From a virus (lineage: Duplodnaviria; Heunggongvirae; Uroviricota; Caudoviricetes), in IMG/VR virus record IMGVR_UViG_2675903559_000013, positions 1 to 6,281 of that record: 6,281 nucleotides of DNA; one strand, 5' to 3'. A program made the position numbers and the translations under genes. Of this stretch, positions 1-6,281 are shown one piece after another; positions within the stretch are counted from its first letter, which is position 1, and every line of letters begins with the position of its first letter. The notes under the pieces were generated by a model. That model did no database searches. It was not told where the DNA came from and worked only from the letters and a program-made list of their open reading frames with translations.

Positions 1-43
1 ACGGAACGGTATCTGATGGCCACGGGATTGGTGCACCGACTGG
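1..43. repeat. Near-identical 43-bp junction repeat, copy A (encodes [14 protein letters not shown])
   Basis: acggaacggtatctgatggccacgggattggtgcaccgactgg differs from 3941-3983 at one position. Weaker similarity continues to about 61 / 4001 (PPAEFYPVG vs LPPESYPVG). Confidence 0.75.
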
Positions 44-1825
44 ATAAAACTCTGCAGGAGGATGAGCCGAGGTGTAAAGCTGCGCCCACGGCGACCAGTT
101 TGCGTCGGTCGTATCCCGTCGTGAACGAATAAATGCCGGAGCATGAGCACCGCTTGTACCACTCCAGCCGATGAGTAACTCACCTTCGCCAACGGCTGTC
201 ATCCCTTTCAGGTGAATGATATTTCCATACGCTGTTGGATATCCGTTGTTATACACCTCGTATAACTCAAGACCTGCTGCCCCCTGCGTATTGTCTGTCA
301 GCGCGGCTACCCGACCTTTTGAAGCCAGATTAACTGATGATACTGCTGTTCCACCTGACGGTAGCGCCCCGATCTCTGATGCCGTTGGCTTATTTCTGGA
401 GTTATAGTCCCTTCGCCAGCCAGGTGAATAATCTGTTCCGTGATTAATATAGGTAAACTGGGCGTTGGTTGTTCCGCCACCGCTGGATGTGGTCGGAGTG
501 GTAATGCGGATCGTCATCGCTGACTTTATCCCCATTACTTCAATGACAGCTCCGGCGAGATGAATATTACCGCAGCCAGTATCAGTAATGATTTTATTAT
601 TGCCATAAGACCAGGAACCCTTGCACATCCAGTATGGATGGTTAAATGCTCCCTGAGAATCCAGCCACTCGATAAACTGTGCAGTCGTCCAGTTTCCTGT
701 TGTTGTGCTTACTGACCCACCGAAGGCACGGCAGGCACCAATATTTTTCGTAAAGGTGTCTTTGCCAGGGATATCCGCACCGTTCTGATCTTTCTGCAGA
801 CGTTTCTCAGCATTGTCATTGGCTGCTTTTACTGCCTTTGGCGTTGCCGCCAGCGTTTCAGACGTGCTGTTGGTCGCGCTGCTTAGCTGGATTATCCCTT
901 TCTGTGCTGTCGTTGCATCCTGTGCGGTGTATTTCCCGTTAGCCAGGTCATACGCGGCCTTAACGGCTTTTGGTGTTGCCGCCAGTGACTCGGAAGTGCT
1001 GTTAGTCGCACTACTGAGCTGTACTATCCCCTTTTTCGTCGTGCTCGCATCCTCAAGCGCCACGGCGGATGCAATATCCTCTGCCCGTTTTGCCGCTGTC
1101 TCAGCGCGCGTTGCTGCAGATTCCGCCGTACTTTTGCTCTGAGCTGCTGCCGTCGCACTACCAGCAGCCTCTGTCGCCTTCGTGGATGCCGTCGTGGCGC
1201 TGCCCTTCGCTGCTGACGCCTGTCTGGTCGCCTCATCTTTTGAAGCAGACGCCGATGATGCCGATGACGCCGCCGAACTGGCGGACGATGCGGCAGCCGT
1301 TTTTGAGGATTCTGCACGGGTTTCCGACGCTTTCGCGTTCGTTTCGGATGTCTTCGCTGCGGAAGCTGACCTCGCTGCTGCCGTGGCCTGCTCAGTGGCT
1401 TCGCCAGCCTTCGTTGTGGCTGTTGAAGCAGACGATGCGGCACTTTCTGCCGATTTTCCGGCGGCGGTGGCACTGGCTGAGGCCTGCCCGGCACTTGTTG
1501 ACGCGGCACTGGCAGACGACGCAGCCGCTGTTTTTGAGCCTGCCGCAGCTGAGGCACTCTGTCCCGCTGCCGTTTCAGAAGACCTGGCGTTCGTCTCGGA
1601 CGTTTTGGCCGCCTTCGCAGAATTTGCAGCCGCCGTCGCCGAGGAAGCTGCGCTACTGGCGCTTGATGATGCGTTCGTTTCTGATGATTTCGCTGCCTCT
1701 TTTGAGGCCGCCGCATCCCGGGCTGAGGTGGCTGCTTCTGACGCCTTCGTGGTCGCGGCGGATGCAGAAGTGGCTGCTGATTGTTGTGACGCTGCCGCAT
1801 TCGTTTCTATGCAGGGGATATTGAT
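1..1825 (-). CDS. Second side tail fibre paralog (stf-like), open at its 3' end beyond the window start; no canonical start codon for its first ~254 codons, so it may be a gene fragment or recombination cassette
   Basis: Not in the ORF track because it has no stop within the window. I translated the minus frame (codons at 3k+2) codon by codon from 1825 to 2 with no stop, about 608 codons. It encodes the Ala/Ser/Thr-rich shaft repeat ([15 protein letters not shown]...), two tail-fibre repeat motifs ([26 protein letters not shown] and [26 protein letters not shown]), a distinct central domain ([49 protein letters not shown]...) and the conserved junction [20 protein letters not shown]. The first in-frame ATG/GTG/TTG from the 5' end is GTG at 1061-1063; a gene caller would probably start there. 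Confidence 0.6.
   Translation of the reverse strand, partial: MNIPCIETNAAASQQSAATSASAATTKASEAATSARDAAASKEAAKSSETNASSSASSAASSATAAANSAKAAKTSETNARSSETAAGQSASAAAGSKTAAASSASAASTSAGQASASATAAGKSAESAASSASTATTKAGEATEQATAAARSASAAKTSETNAKASETRAESSKTAAASSASSAASSASSASASKDEATRQASAAKGSATTASTKATEAAGSATAAAQSKSTAESAATRAETAAKRAEDIASAVALEDASTTKKGIVQLSSATNSTSESLAATPKAVKAAYDLANGKYTAQDATTAQKGIIQLSSATNSTSETLAATPKAVKAANDNAEKRLQKDQNGADIPGKDTFTKNIGACRAFGGSVSTTTGNWTTAQFIEWLDSQGAFNHPYWMCKGSWSYGNNKIITDTGCGNIHLAGAVIEVMGIKSAMTIRITTPTTSSGGGTTNAQFTYINHGTDYSPGWRRDYNSRNKPTASEIGALPSGGTAVSSVNLASKGRVAALTDNTQGAAGLELYEVYNNGYPTAYGNIIHLKGMTAVGEGELLIGWSGTSGAHAPAFIRSRRDTTDANWSPWAQLYTSAHPPAEFYPVGAPIPWPSDTVP
768..1807. repeat. Direct repeat copy A of the stf shaft/tail-fibre-repeat region (about 1040 bp)
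   Basis: Aligns with 5167-6074 at offset 4399 below the indel and 4267 above it. Hand comparison of two 60-nt windows gave 3/60 and 5/60 mismatches. This copy carries an extra 132 bp (44 codons). Confidence 0.85.
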
Positions 1826-2401
1826 TTATGGTTGACTTGGCCACTCGATATCTGGAGATAGTGATGTATCAACACGGTTCAGCAACACCCGATACTTTTT
1901 CCAGGCTTCAAGCAACGAGGTTTCTTCCTCCGTTGCGATTTCCAGATCTGCAGCATCCTGAAGCGGCGCAATATGCTCACTGGCTACCTGCATCAGGCTG
2001 TTTTTTGTTTCTTCCGCCTCCCGGATCCGGAATAGTTTTTCTGCTTCTGCATCTTTCACCCAAGCTGTACCGTTCCACTTCTGATATTCCCCTTCCGGCG
2101 ACAACCAAGTAACATTTTCCGGTAACGGACCGAGTTCAGAAATAAATAACGCGTCCCCTGATGCCACGTCATAAACCGTTTTACCCCGATGATCTTCAAC
2201 GAGATGCCACGATGCATCATCACCGTTGAAAACAGCCACGAAGCCTGCCGGAATATCTGGCGGTGCAATATCGGTACTGTTTGCAGGTAGACCTGTATGA
2301 GGTGGAATGTATGCATCACCTTCACCAATAAATTCATTAGTTCCGGCCAGCAGATTATAAATTTTTATGGTCCGTGGTTGTTCAGTCATTCTAAAATCCA
2401 T
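1826..2401 (-). CDS. tfa: Tail fibre assembly protein (lambda Tfa-like chaperone)
   Basis: The translation from the ATG at 2399-2401 reads [58 protein letters not shown]..., near-identical over most of its length to lambda Tfa as recalled. The track begins at GTG 2407, but that GTG is part of the Shine-Dalgarno AGAGGTG (2405-2411), so the ATG three nt after it (2399-2401) is the likely start. Stop is TAA at 1826-1828. Confidence 0.9.
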   Translation of the reverse strand: MDFRMTEQPRTIKIYNLLAGTNEFIGEGDAYIPPHTGLPANSTDIAPPDIPAGFVAVFNGDDASWHLVEDHRGKTVYDVASGDALFISELGPLPENVTWLSPEGEYQKWNGTAWVKDAEAEKLFRIREAEETKNSLMQVASEHIAPLQDAADLEIATEEETSLLEAWKKYRVLLNRVDTSLSPDIEWPSQP

Positions 2402-2404
2402 GTT

Positions 2405-2411
2405 CACCTCT
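2405..2411 (-). promoter_or_regulatory. Shine-Dalgarno (AGAGGTG) for tfa
   Basis: The minus strand reads TAG-AGAGGTG-AAC-ATG: the macro-gene stop TAG is immediately followed by AGAGGTG, then a 3-nt spacer, then the tfa ATG. Confidence 0.6.
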
Positions 2412-3300
2412 ACTTAATATCAGAGACAGAATATTGTTTATTGAGCGTATGGGTGGGAGCACCAATAACGATGCTACTTCCGTGGCTATGTGCGCCAGAG
2501 GTGAGATTGCCTACGGGATTTTCTGGATTAAACCGGTGTGTATGCGAATCAGGGCGAGAGCGATTATTAGTCAGCACGTCATCAGCCTGATGCACATGGC
2601 TAATACAGAACTGCCCGGAACGTGAGCAATACGTCCGATAATCGCCGCATCCAATATATTTAGTATCCGCATAACGGCAAACAGAATTACCCGGACAGTA
2701 TGCATATGTGCCAAATACTGCCGACTGGCGGGAGTGTGCGTATTCCCAGTTAATTGATTCTGTTTTCTTATTAAAGTTATCCCATGCCTGCTTCATTTGC
2801 CGGGCAACGCTTTCAAACGGAACCTGACCACATCCGGCCCCCATTGCAGGGAATACCACCGTCTTTATTTTCCTGTCTGTCGTTGCGTTTTTATTGTGCT
2901 GAAAGATGGCAAGCAGAGCGGCCCAGGTTGCATTATATACAGCGTCTGTTCCGTCAATTGTCAGCGGAACACGCATTGTTGGCGCATGTACCAGCCAGGG
3001 GTGATGATTATGCCCCGTTTCAATTACAAATGCAGAACCTACAGGCTGTTCGCCTAGATATTCACGAAGAATATGATTCTGAACGCGGGACTGTAACTGA
3101 GTACCGAAGAATGCGGTAATGGCGGCATCAACGCCGCCATCCATCAGGCCGAAACTATTTGCCGCACTTACCATGCAGTCAAATTCTCTGATTGTTTCAA
3201 ATGGCTTTCCGACAATATTCACATTATCTGCGGTTGCAAATACCCGCTTAAATGCTTCAGCCATTTCTGTTACTGGTGCAGAAAGAATGAGCGTAATCAT
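2410..3300 (-). CDS. Macro-domain protein (ADP-ribose-binding/hydrolase fold) with a Cys/His-rich C-terminal extension; function unknown
   Basis: 296-aa ORF. Macro-domain signature motifs: [21 protein letters not shown] (aa 41-61; compare YmdB/MacroD D-x-I-V-N-A-A-N...G-G-G-V-D-G-A-I), [21 protein letters not shown] (aa 88-108) and [14 protein letters not shown] (aa 148-161; compare S/VAFPAISTGVYGYP). The C-terminal ~110 aa has 5 Cys (C202, C208, C218, C225, C232) plus His-rich stretches. Start ATG at 3298-3300 overlaps the stf TGA stop (ATGA), with GAGG at 3306-3309 five nt upstream. Stop is TAG at 2410-2412. Confidence 0.82.
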   Translation of the reverse strand: MITLILSAPVTEMAEAFKRVFATADNVNIVGKPFETIREFDCMVSAANSFGLMDGGVDAAITAFFGTQLQSRVQNHILREYLGEQPVGSAFVIETGHNHHPWLVHAPTMRVPLTIDGTDAVYNATWAALLAIFQHNKNATTDRKIKTVVFPAMGAGCGQVPFESVARQMKQAWDNFNKKTESINWEYAHSRQSAVFGTYAYCPGNSVCRYADTKYIGCGDYRTYCSRSGQFCISHVHQADDVLTNNRSRPDSHTHRFNPENPVGNLTSGAHSHGSSIVIGAPTHTLNKQYSVSDIK

Positions 3301-6281
3301 GCAAGCCTCACAATATAGTTAAATGCGATGTTTTTGACGGTGTTTTCCGCGTTACCAGCAGCGTTAACGGTGATGGTATGTCCATGTGAACCAATCGCAA
3401 CGGAGTGCGTGTGTGCACCAATACCGACAGTATGTGCGTGTGCACCTGCAGATGCTGCTGTGCCGGACAGTGAGTGGCTATGATTACCATCTGTACTGGT
3501 ATTAGCTAACCACCCCGTAGACATACCTACTGAGCCTTGTACACCCCAGGTATTTTGACCTGAGCTTGTATAACCATATTGATAAGTATCTTTAAAAACA
3601 CTGGGGTTAAATCGACGGCCATCTCTATGGCTGTGATTACCAGCTGCATTCGTGCTGCCACTTAAACTATGGGTATGCGCACCAGTGTTATTCGTGGATT
3701 TAGTGCCGTAATCAAACGACGATGTGGTTTTCGTCCCCAAATCCGTACTGGATGCGCTGGCGCTGTGGGTATGCGATTTAATGCCATCCTGTTCCTGAGA
3801 CAATACGGCACGACCACTGGCGGGCTTGCCCTTAATCGTCCAGCCACGCAAATCAGGGATCACGCCTGACGGATAAGCGGCAGCAAGTTTCGGGTAGGCA
3901 GATTTGTCAAAAGTCTGCCCCTGCATCAGGGCATAACCAGACGGAACGGTATCTGATGGCCACGGGATTGGTGCGCCGACTGGGTAGCTTTCTGGTGGAA
4001 GATTTTTCGAGGTATAAACTTCTGCCCAGTCTTCCTCAAAACCATAGCCATCTCTTGAAGAACGGTAGAACAGACCACCATTTCTGTAATGCGCCTTCAT
4101 CTGCAGGGTCCGGCAACTTCCGACTCCGGTATAGAAGTTAACCAGAATATAGCTGTCGCCAGAGCGGGTGACATTGTAAGCGCCTGATTCGGCATTCCAG
4201 GGAACGCCACCATCCGCATCGGCATATGTATCCGTTGCCCTTCTGGCAAAAGCAGCCACATGCGCGGCGGTTAAAGTAATATCTTTGGAACCATCAAACT
4301 CAACACCAGAAACCCGTCTTGGCGTTTGCAGCTTTGTTGCTGTTAATGCATTACCGTTCAGACTTGCGGACAGTTTGGTTCCAATAACCAGTTCGCCGGT
4401 TGCGTTATCAATAGCAAACGGTCTTAATGTATTCCAGCCACCATAAACATCACCTTGATTGGTAAGCAGCAGGTAAGTTTTAGCGCCATCATTACGCCAT
4501 AATGCCCCATACTCCCCACCTATCATTCGAATCTGATTACCACCACGCGCTACAATTTCGTCTGTGGCAAAAAGTTTTTTGCACGACAAGTTATCGTTAA
4601 CGATTAACGAATGAGACTCATAAAAACCACGCCCACTCTTAAAATCAAGGATAACGTCCGCCGCGATACATTCAGTCGCCGGATTTGTTGCCCCAAACTT
4701 ATAGGTCGTATCATTAACAACGAGATCAGCACCAGGTGCGGATATTGACAGGCCATCTTCGATAAACGCAAAAACAGGGAAAGCAGCGCCATCAACATAG
4801 AACACAGAGCGCAAATCATCGCCCTTATTACTCATCATTATTGAGTGGATGGCTCGTTCATTGTTTTGATATTGCCAGAACATTCCATAAGCATAACGCC
4901 CCCTGTCAGTCCAGCCACCAGGCATAACAAATCCGTTAAACTCGCAGTTATTCATCGGATCGCCTGCGGTTCGCGTTGCCGTGGTGATAATGACCCTTGA
5001 TGCCAGTTCGCTTACTGAGCCAGCAGAACGCATAACAACAACAGGGTAATATTTTCCAGATATTGCACCTGCAGGAGCGTTAACCCGCACATAACGCATA
5101 CCACGCTTATCAGCAAAGTCTGTTTTACTGACCGCGTTAATGTTGTTCAGGAAGCGTCCCTTATCGGGTATATCAGCGCCGTTCTGGTCTTTCTGCAGAC
5201 GTTTCTCTGCATTGTCATAGGCTGATTTTACTGCCTTTGGCGTTGCCGCCAGCGTTTCAGACGTACTGTTGGTCGCACTGCTGAGCTGTACTATCCCCTT
5301 TTTCGTCGTACTTGCATCCTCAAGCGCCACGGCGGATGCAATATCCTCTGCCCGTTTTGCCGCTGTCTCGGCGCGCGTTGCCGCGGATTCCGCCGTACTT
5401 TTGCTCTGTGCTGCCGCCGTCGCACTGCCAGCTGCCTCTGTCGCCTTCGTGGATGCTGTCGTGGCGCTGCCCTTCGCTGCGGACGCTTGTCTGGTCGCCT
5501 CATCTTTTGAAGCAGACGCCGATGATGCCGATGACGCCGCCGAACTGGCGGACGATGCGGCAGCCGTTTTTGAGGATTCTGCGCTGGTTTCCGACGCTTT
5601 CGCGTTCGTCTCGGATGTCTTCGCTGCGGAAGCAGACCTCGCTGCTGCGCTGGCCTGTTCAGTGGCTTCGCCAGCCTTCGTTGTGGCTGTTGAAGCAGAC
5701 GATGCGGCACTTTCTGCCGATTTTCCGGCGGCGGTGGCACTGGCTGAGGCCTGCCCGGCACTTGTTGACGCGGCACTGGCAGACGACGCAGCCGCTGTTT
5801 TTGAGCCTGCCGCAGCCGAGGCGCTCTGTTCCGCTGCCGTTTCAGAAGACCTGGCGTTTGTCTCAGACGTCTTTGCCGCCTTCGCGGAATTGCCTGCCGC
5901 CGTTGCCGAGGAAGCGGCACTACTGGCGCTTGATGATGCGTTCGTTTCTGATGATTTTGCCGCCTCTTTTGAAGCCGACGCATCCCGGGCTGAGGTGGCA
6001 GCTTCTGACGCTTTCGTGGTCGCGGTGGATGCAGAAGTGGCTGCTGATTGTTGTGACGCTGCCGCATTCGTTTCTAACGTTTTCGCCGCACCGGCACTGG
6101 TAGCCGCCGCGCTTTTTGAGGACTCTGCAGCGGCAGCACTTTTTGAGGCTTCAGTGGCCTTTGTTGATGCCGTTCCTGCGCTGGAAGACGCTGACTGAGC
6201 CGACGAAGCGGCCTGTCCGGCTGACGTGCTGGCTGCACGTGCTGAATCTGCAGCATCAGTCGCATGGGTTGCCGCCTCACG
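3297..6281 (-). CDS. stf: Side tail fibre protein (lambda Stf-like), 5'-partial; the N-terminus lies beyond the window end
   Basis: The track ORF 3297..5330 ends ...[47 protein letters not shown], matching the lambda Stf C-terminus as recalled. It also carries [26 protein letters not shown] (tail-fibre repeat motif) and [35 protein letters not shown] translated the same frame upstream of the track's GTG (5328-5330) codon by codon to 6281 and found no stop and no ATG/GTG/TTG; it encodes Ala/Ser/Thr-rich ...AAKTSETNA... repeats typical of the Stf shaft. The track start at 5330 is therefore only the first in-frame start codon, not the real start. Stop is TGA at 3297-3299. Confidence 0.92.
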   Translation of the reverse strand, partial: REAATHATDAADSARAASTSAGQAASSAQSASSSAGTASTKATEASKSAAAAESSKSAAATSAGAAKTLETNAAASQQSAATSASTATTKASEAATSARDASASKEAAKSSETNASSSASSAASSATAAGNSAKAAKTSETNARSSETAAEQSASAAAGSKTAAASSASAASTSAGQASASATAAGKSAESAASSASTATTKAGEATEQASAAARSASAAKTSETNAKASETSAESSKTAAASSASSAASSASSASASKDEATRQASAAKGSATTASTKATEAAGSATAAAQSKSTAESAATRAETAAKRAEDIASAVALEDASTTKKGIVQLSSATNSTSETLAATPKAVKSAYDNAEKRLQKDQNGADIPDKGRFLNNINAVSKTDFADKRGMRYVRVNAPAGAISGKYYPVVVMRSAGSVSELASRVIITTATRTAGDPMNNCEFNGFVMPGGWTDRGRYAYGMFWQYQNNERAIHSIMMSNKGDDLRSVFYVDGAAFPVFAFIEDGLSISAPGADLVVNDTTYKFGATNPATECIAADVILDFKSGRGFYESHSLIVNDNLSCKKLFATDEIVARGGNQIRMIGGEYGALWRNDGAKTYLLLTNQGDVYGGWNTLRPFAIDNATGELVIGTKLSASLNGNALTATKLQTPRRVSGVEFDGSKDITLTAAHVAAFARRATDTYADADGGVPWNAESGAYNVTRSGDSYILVNFYTGVGSCRTLQMKAHYRNGGLFYRSSRDGYGFEEDWAEVYTSKNLPPESYPVGAPIPWPSDTVPSGYALMQGQTFDKSAYPKLAAAYPSGVIPDLRGWTIKGKPASGRAVLSQEQDGIKSHTHSASASSTDLGTKTTSSFDYGTKSTNNTGAHTHSLSGSTNAAGNHSHRDGRRFNPSVFKDTYQYGYTSSGQNTWGVQGSVGMSTGWLANTSTDGNHSHSLSGTAASAGAHAHTVGIGAHTHSVAIGSHGHTITVNAAGNAENTVKNIAFNYIVRLA
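3306..3311 (-). promoter_or_regulatory. Shine-Dalgarno (GTGAGG) for the macro-domain gene, embedded in the last codons of stf
   Basis: The minus strand reads AACTATATTGTGAGGCTTGC-ATG-A: GAGG lies 5 nt upstream of the ATG, and the ATG overlaps the stf TGA stop, consistent with translational coupling. Confidence 0.55.
3941..3983. repeat. Near-identical 43-bp junction repeat, copy B, inside stf at the central-domain/C-terminal-domain boundary
   Basis: acggaacggtatctgatggccacgggattggtgcgccgactgg; direct orientation relative to 1-43. Confidence 0.75.
5167..6074. repeat. Direct repeat copy B of the stf shaft/tail-fibre-repeat region (about 908 bp)
   Basis: Same alignment as above. Homology ends at ...cgtttcta (1807 / 6074), after which copy B continues as stf coding sequence whereas copy A abuts the tfa stop 18 nt later. 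Confidence 0.85.

Noticed and set aside
813-1807. CRISPR array or other regularly spaced repeat array in the repetitive region
   Set aside because: The repetition is in-frame protein-coding low complexity (shaft motifs) and one 132-bp duplication; there are no short identical repeats separated by unique spacers.
813-1835. Plus-strand ORFs 813..1142, 1069..1824 and 1182..1835
   Set aside because: Same artefact in the second shaft copy; the minus-strand frame encodes the tail-fibre repeat motifs and Stf-like domains.
1826-3300. Plus-strand ORFs inside tfa and the macro gene (1828..2112, 2297..2590, 2434..2625, 2784..3119, 2797..3057, 3119..3322) and minus-strand 2056..2337
   Set aside because: Short, embedded in or out of frame with the well-supported minus-strand tfa and macro-domain CDSs; no recognisable motifs or ribosome-binding sites.
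2410-3300. A clear compositional island marking the macro gene as recently acquired
   Set aside because: Hand counts of sample 60-nt windows gave about 43-48% GC for the macro gene, similar to tfa (about 48%) and lower than the shaft (about 60%) or the stf tip (about 53%). The shift is not specific to the macro gene, so composition alone does not support recent acquisition.
3297-5330. Treating track ORF 3297..5330 as a complete 677-aa gene starting at 5330
   Set aside because: The GTG at 5328-5330 is only the first start-type codon in a frame that stays open to the window end; it corresponds to an internal Val (SAVALEDA) of the Stf shaft. The gene is 5'-partial.
5291-6067. 258-aa Arg/Gln/Pro-rich minus-strand ORFs (5291..6067, 1024..1800, 6074..6280)
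   Set aside because: Out of frame by one nucleotide relative to the homology-supported stf frame, with an extreme Arg-rich composition typical of off-frame GC-rich sequence.
768-6074. DNA-invertase (Gin/Pin/Cin-type) tail-fibre inversion system
   Set aside because: The repeated segments are in direct, not inverted, orientation, and no invertase gene or convincing gix/hix-like crossover site is visible in the window. The arrangement fits tandem modules rather than an invertible segment.
5269-6198. 309-aa Ala-rich plus-strand ORF (and overlapping 5312..6103)
   Set aside because: Antisense to the stf shaft repeat, whose minus-strand frame has recognisable Stf motifs. The Ala/Asp-rich translation is a reverse-complement artefact of GCN-rich codons.

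Overview
The whole window is a minus-strand tail-fibre late-gene block of a lambda-like phage or prophage, probably from an Enterobacteriaceae host. Reading 6281 to 1 on the minus strand: a 5'-partial side tail fibre gene stf (3297-6281), a macro-domain gene whose start overlaps the stf stop (2410-3300), the tail fibre assembly gene tfa (1826-2401), and a second stf-like open frame (1-1825) that has no canonical start codon and runs off the window. The stf and tfa calls rest on recalled similarity to lambda Stf and Tfa; no search was run. The most interesting feature is the macro-domain (ADP-ribose-binding/hydrolase fold) protein with a Cys/His-rich C-terminal extension, sitting where lambda has nothing between stf and tfa. 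Second is the repeat architecture: about 1 kb of the Ala/Ser/Thr-rich shaft region is present twice in direct orientation (768-1807 and 5167-6074, roughly 92-95% identical by hand comparison, with a 132-bp indel), and a 43-bp near-identical junction (1-43 and 3941-3983) recurs at the boundary to the C-terminal domain. These repeats bracket the stf C-terminus/macro/tfa module, suggesting tandem tail-fibre modules that could be swapped or deleted by homologous recombination. No plus-strand gene is supported. The many plus-strand ORFs and the Arg-rich minus-strand ORFs in the track are frame artefacts of the GC-rich repeat.
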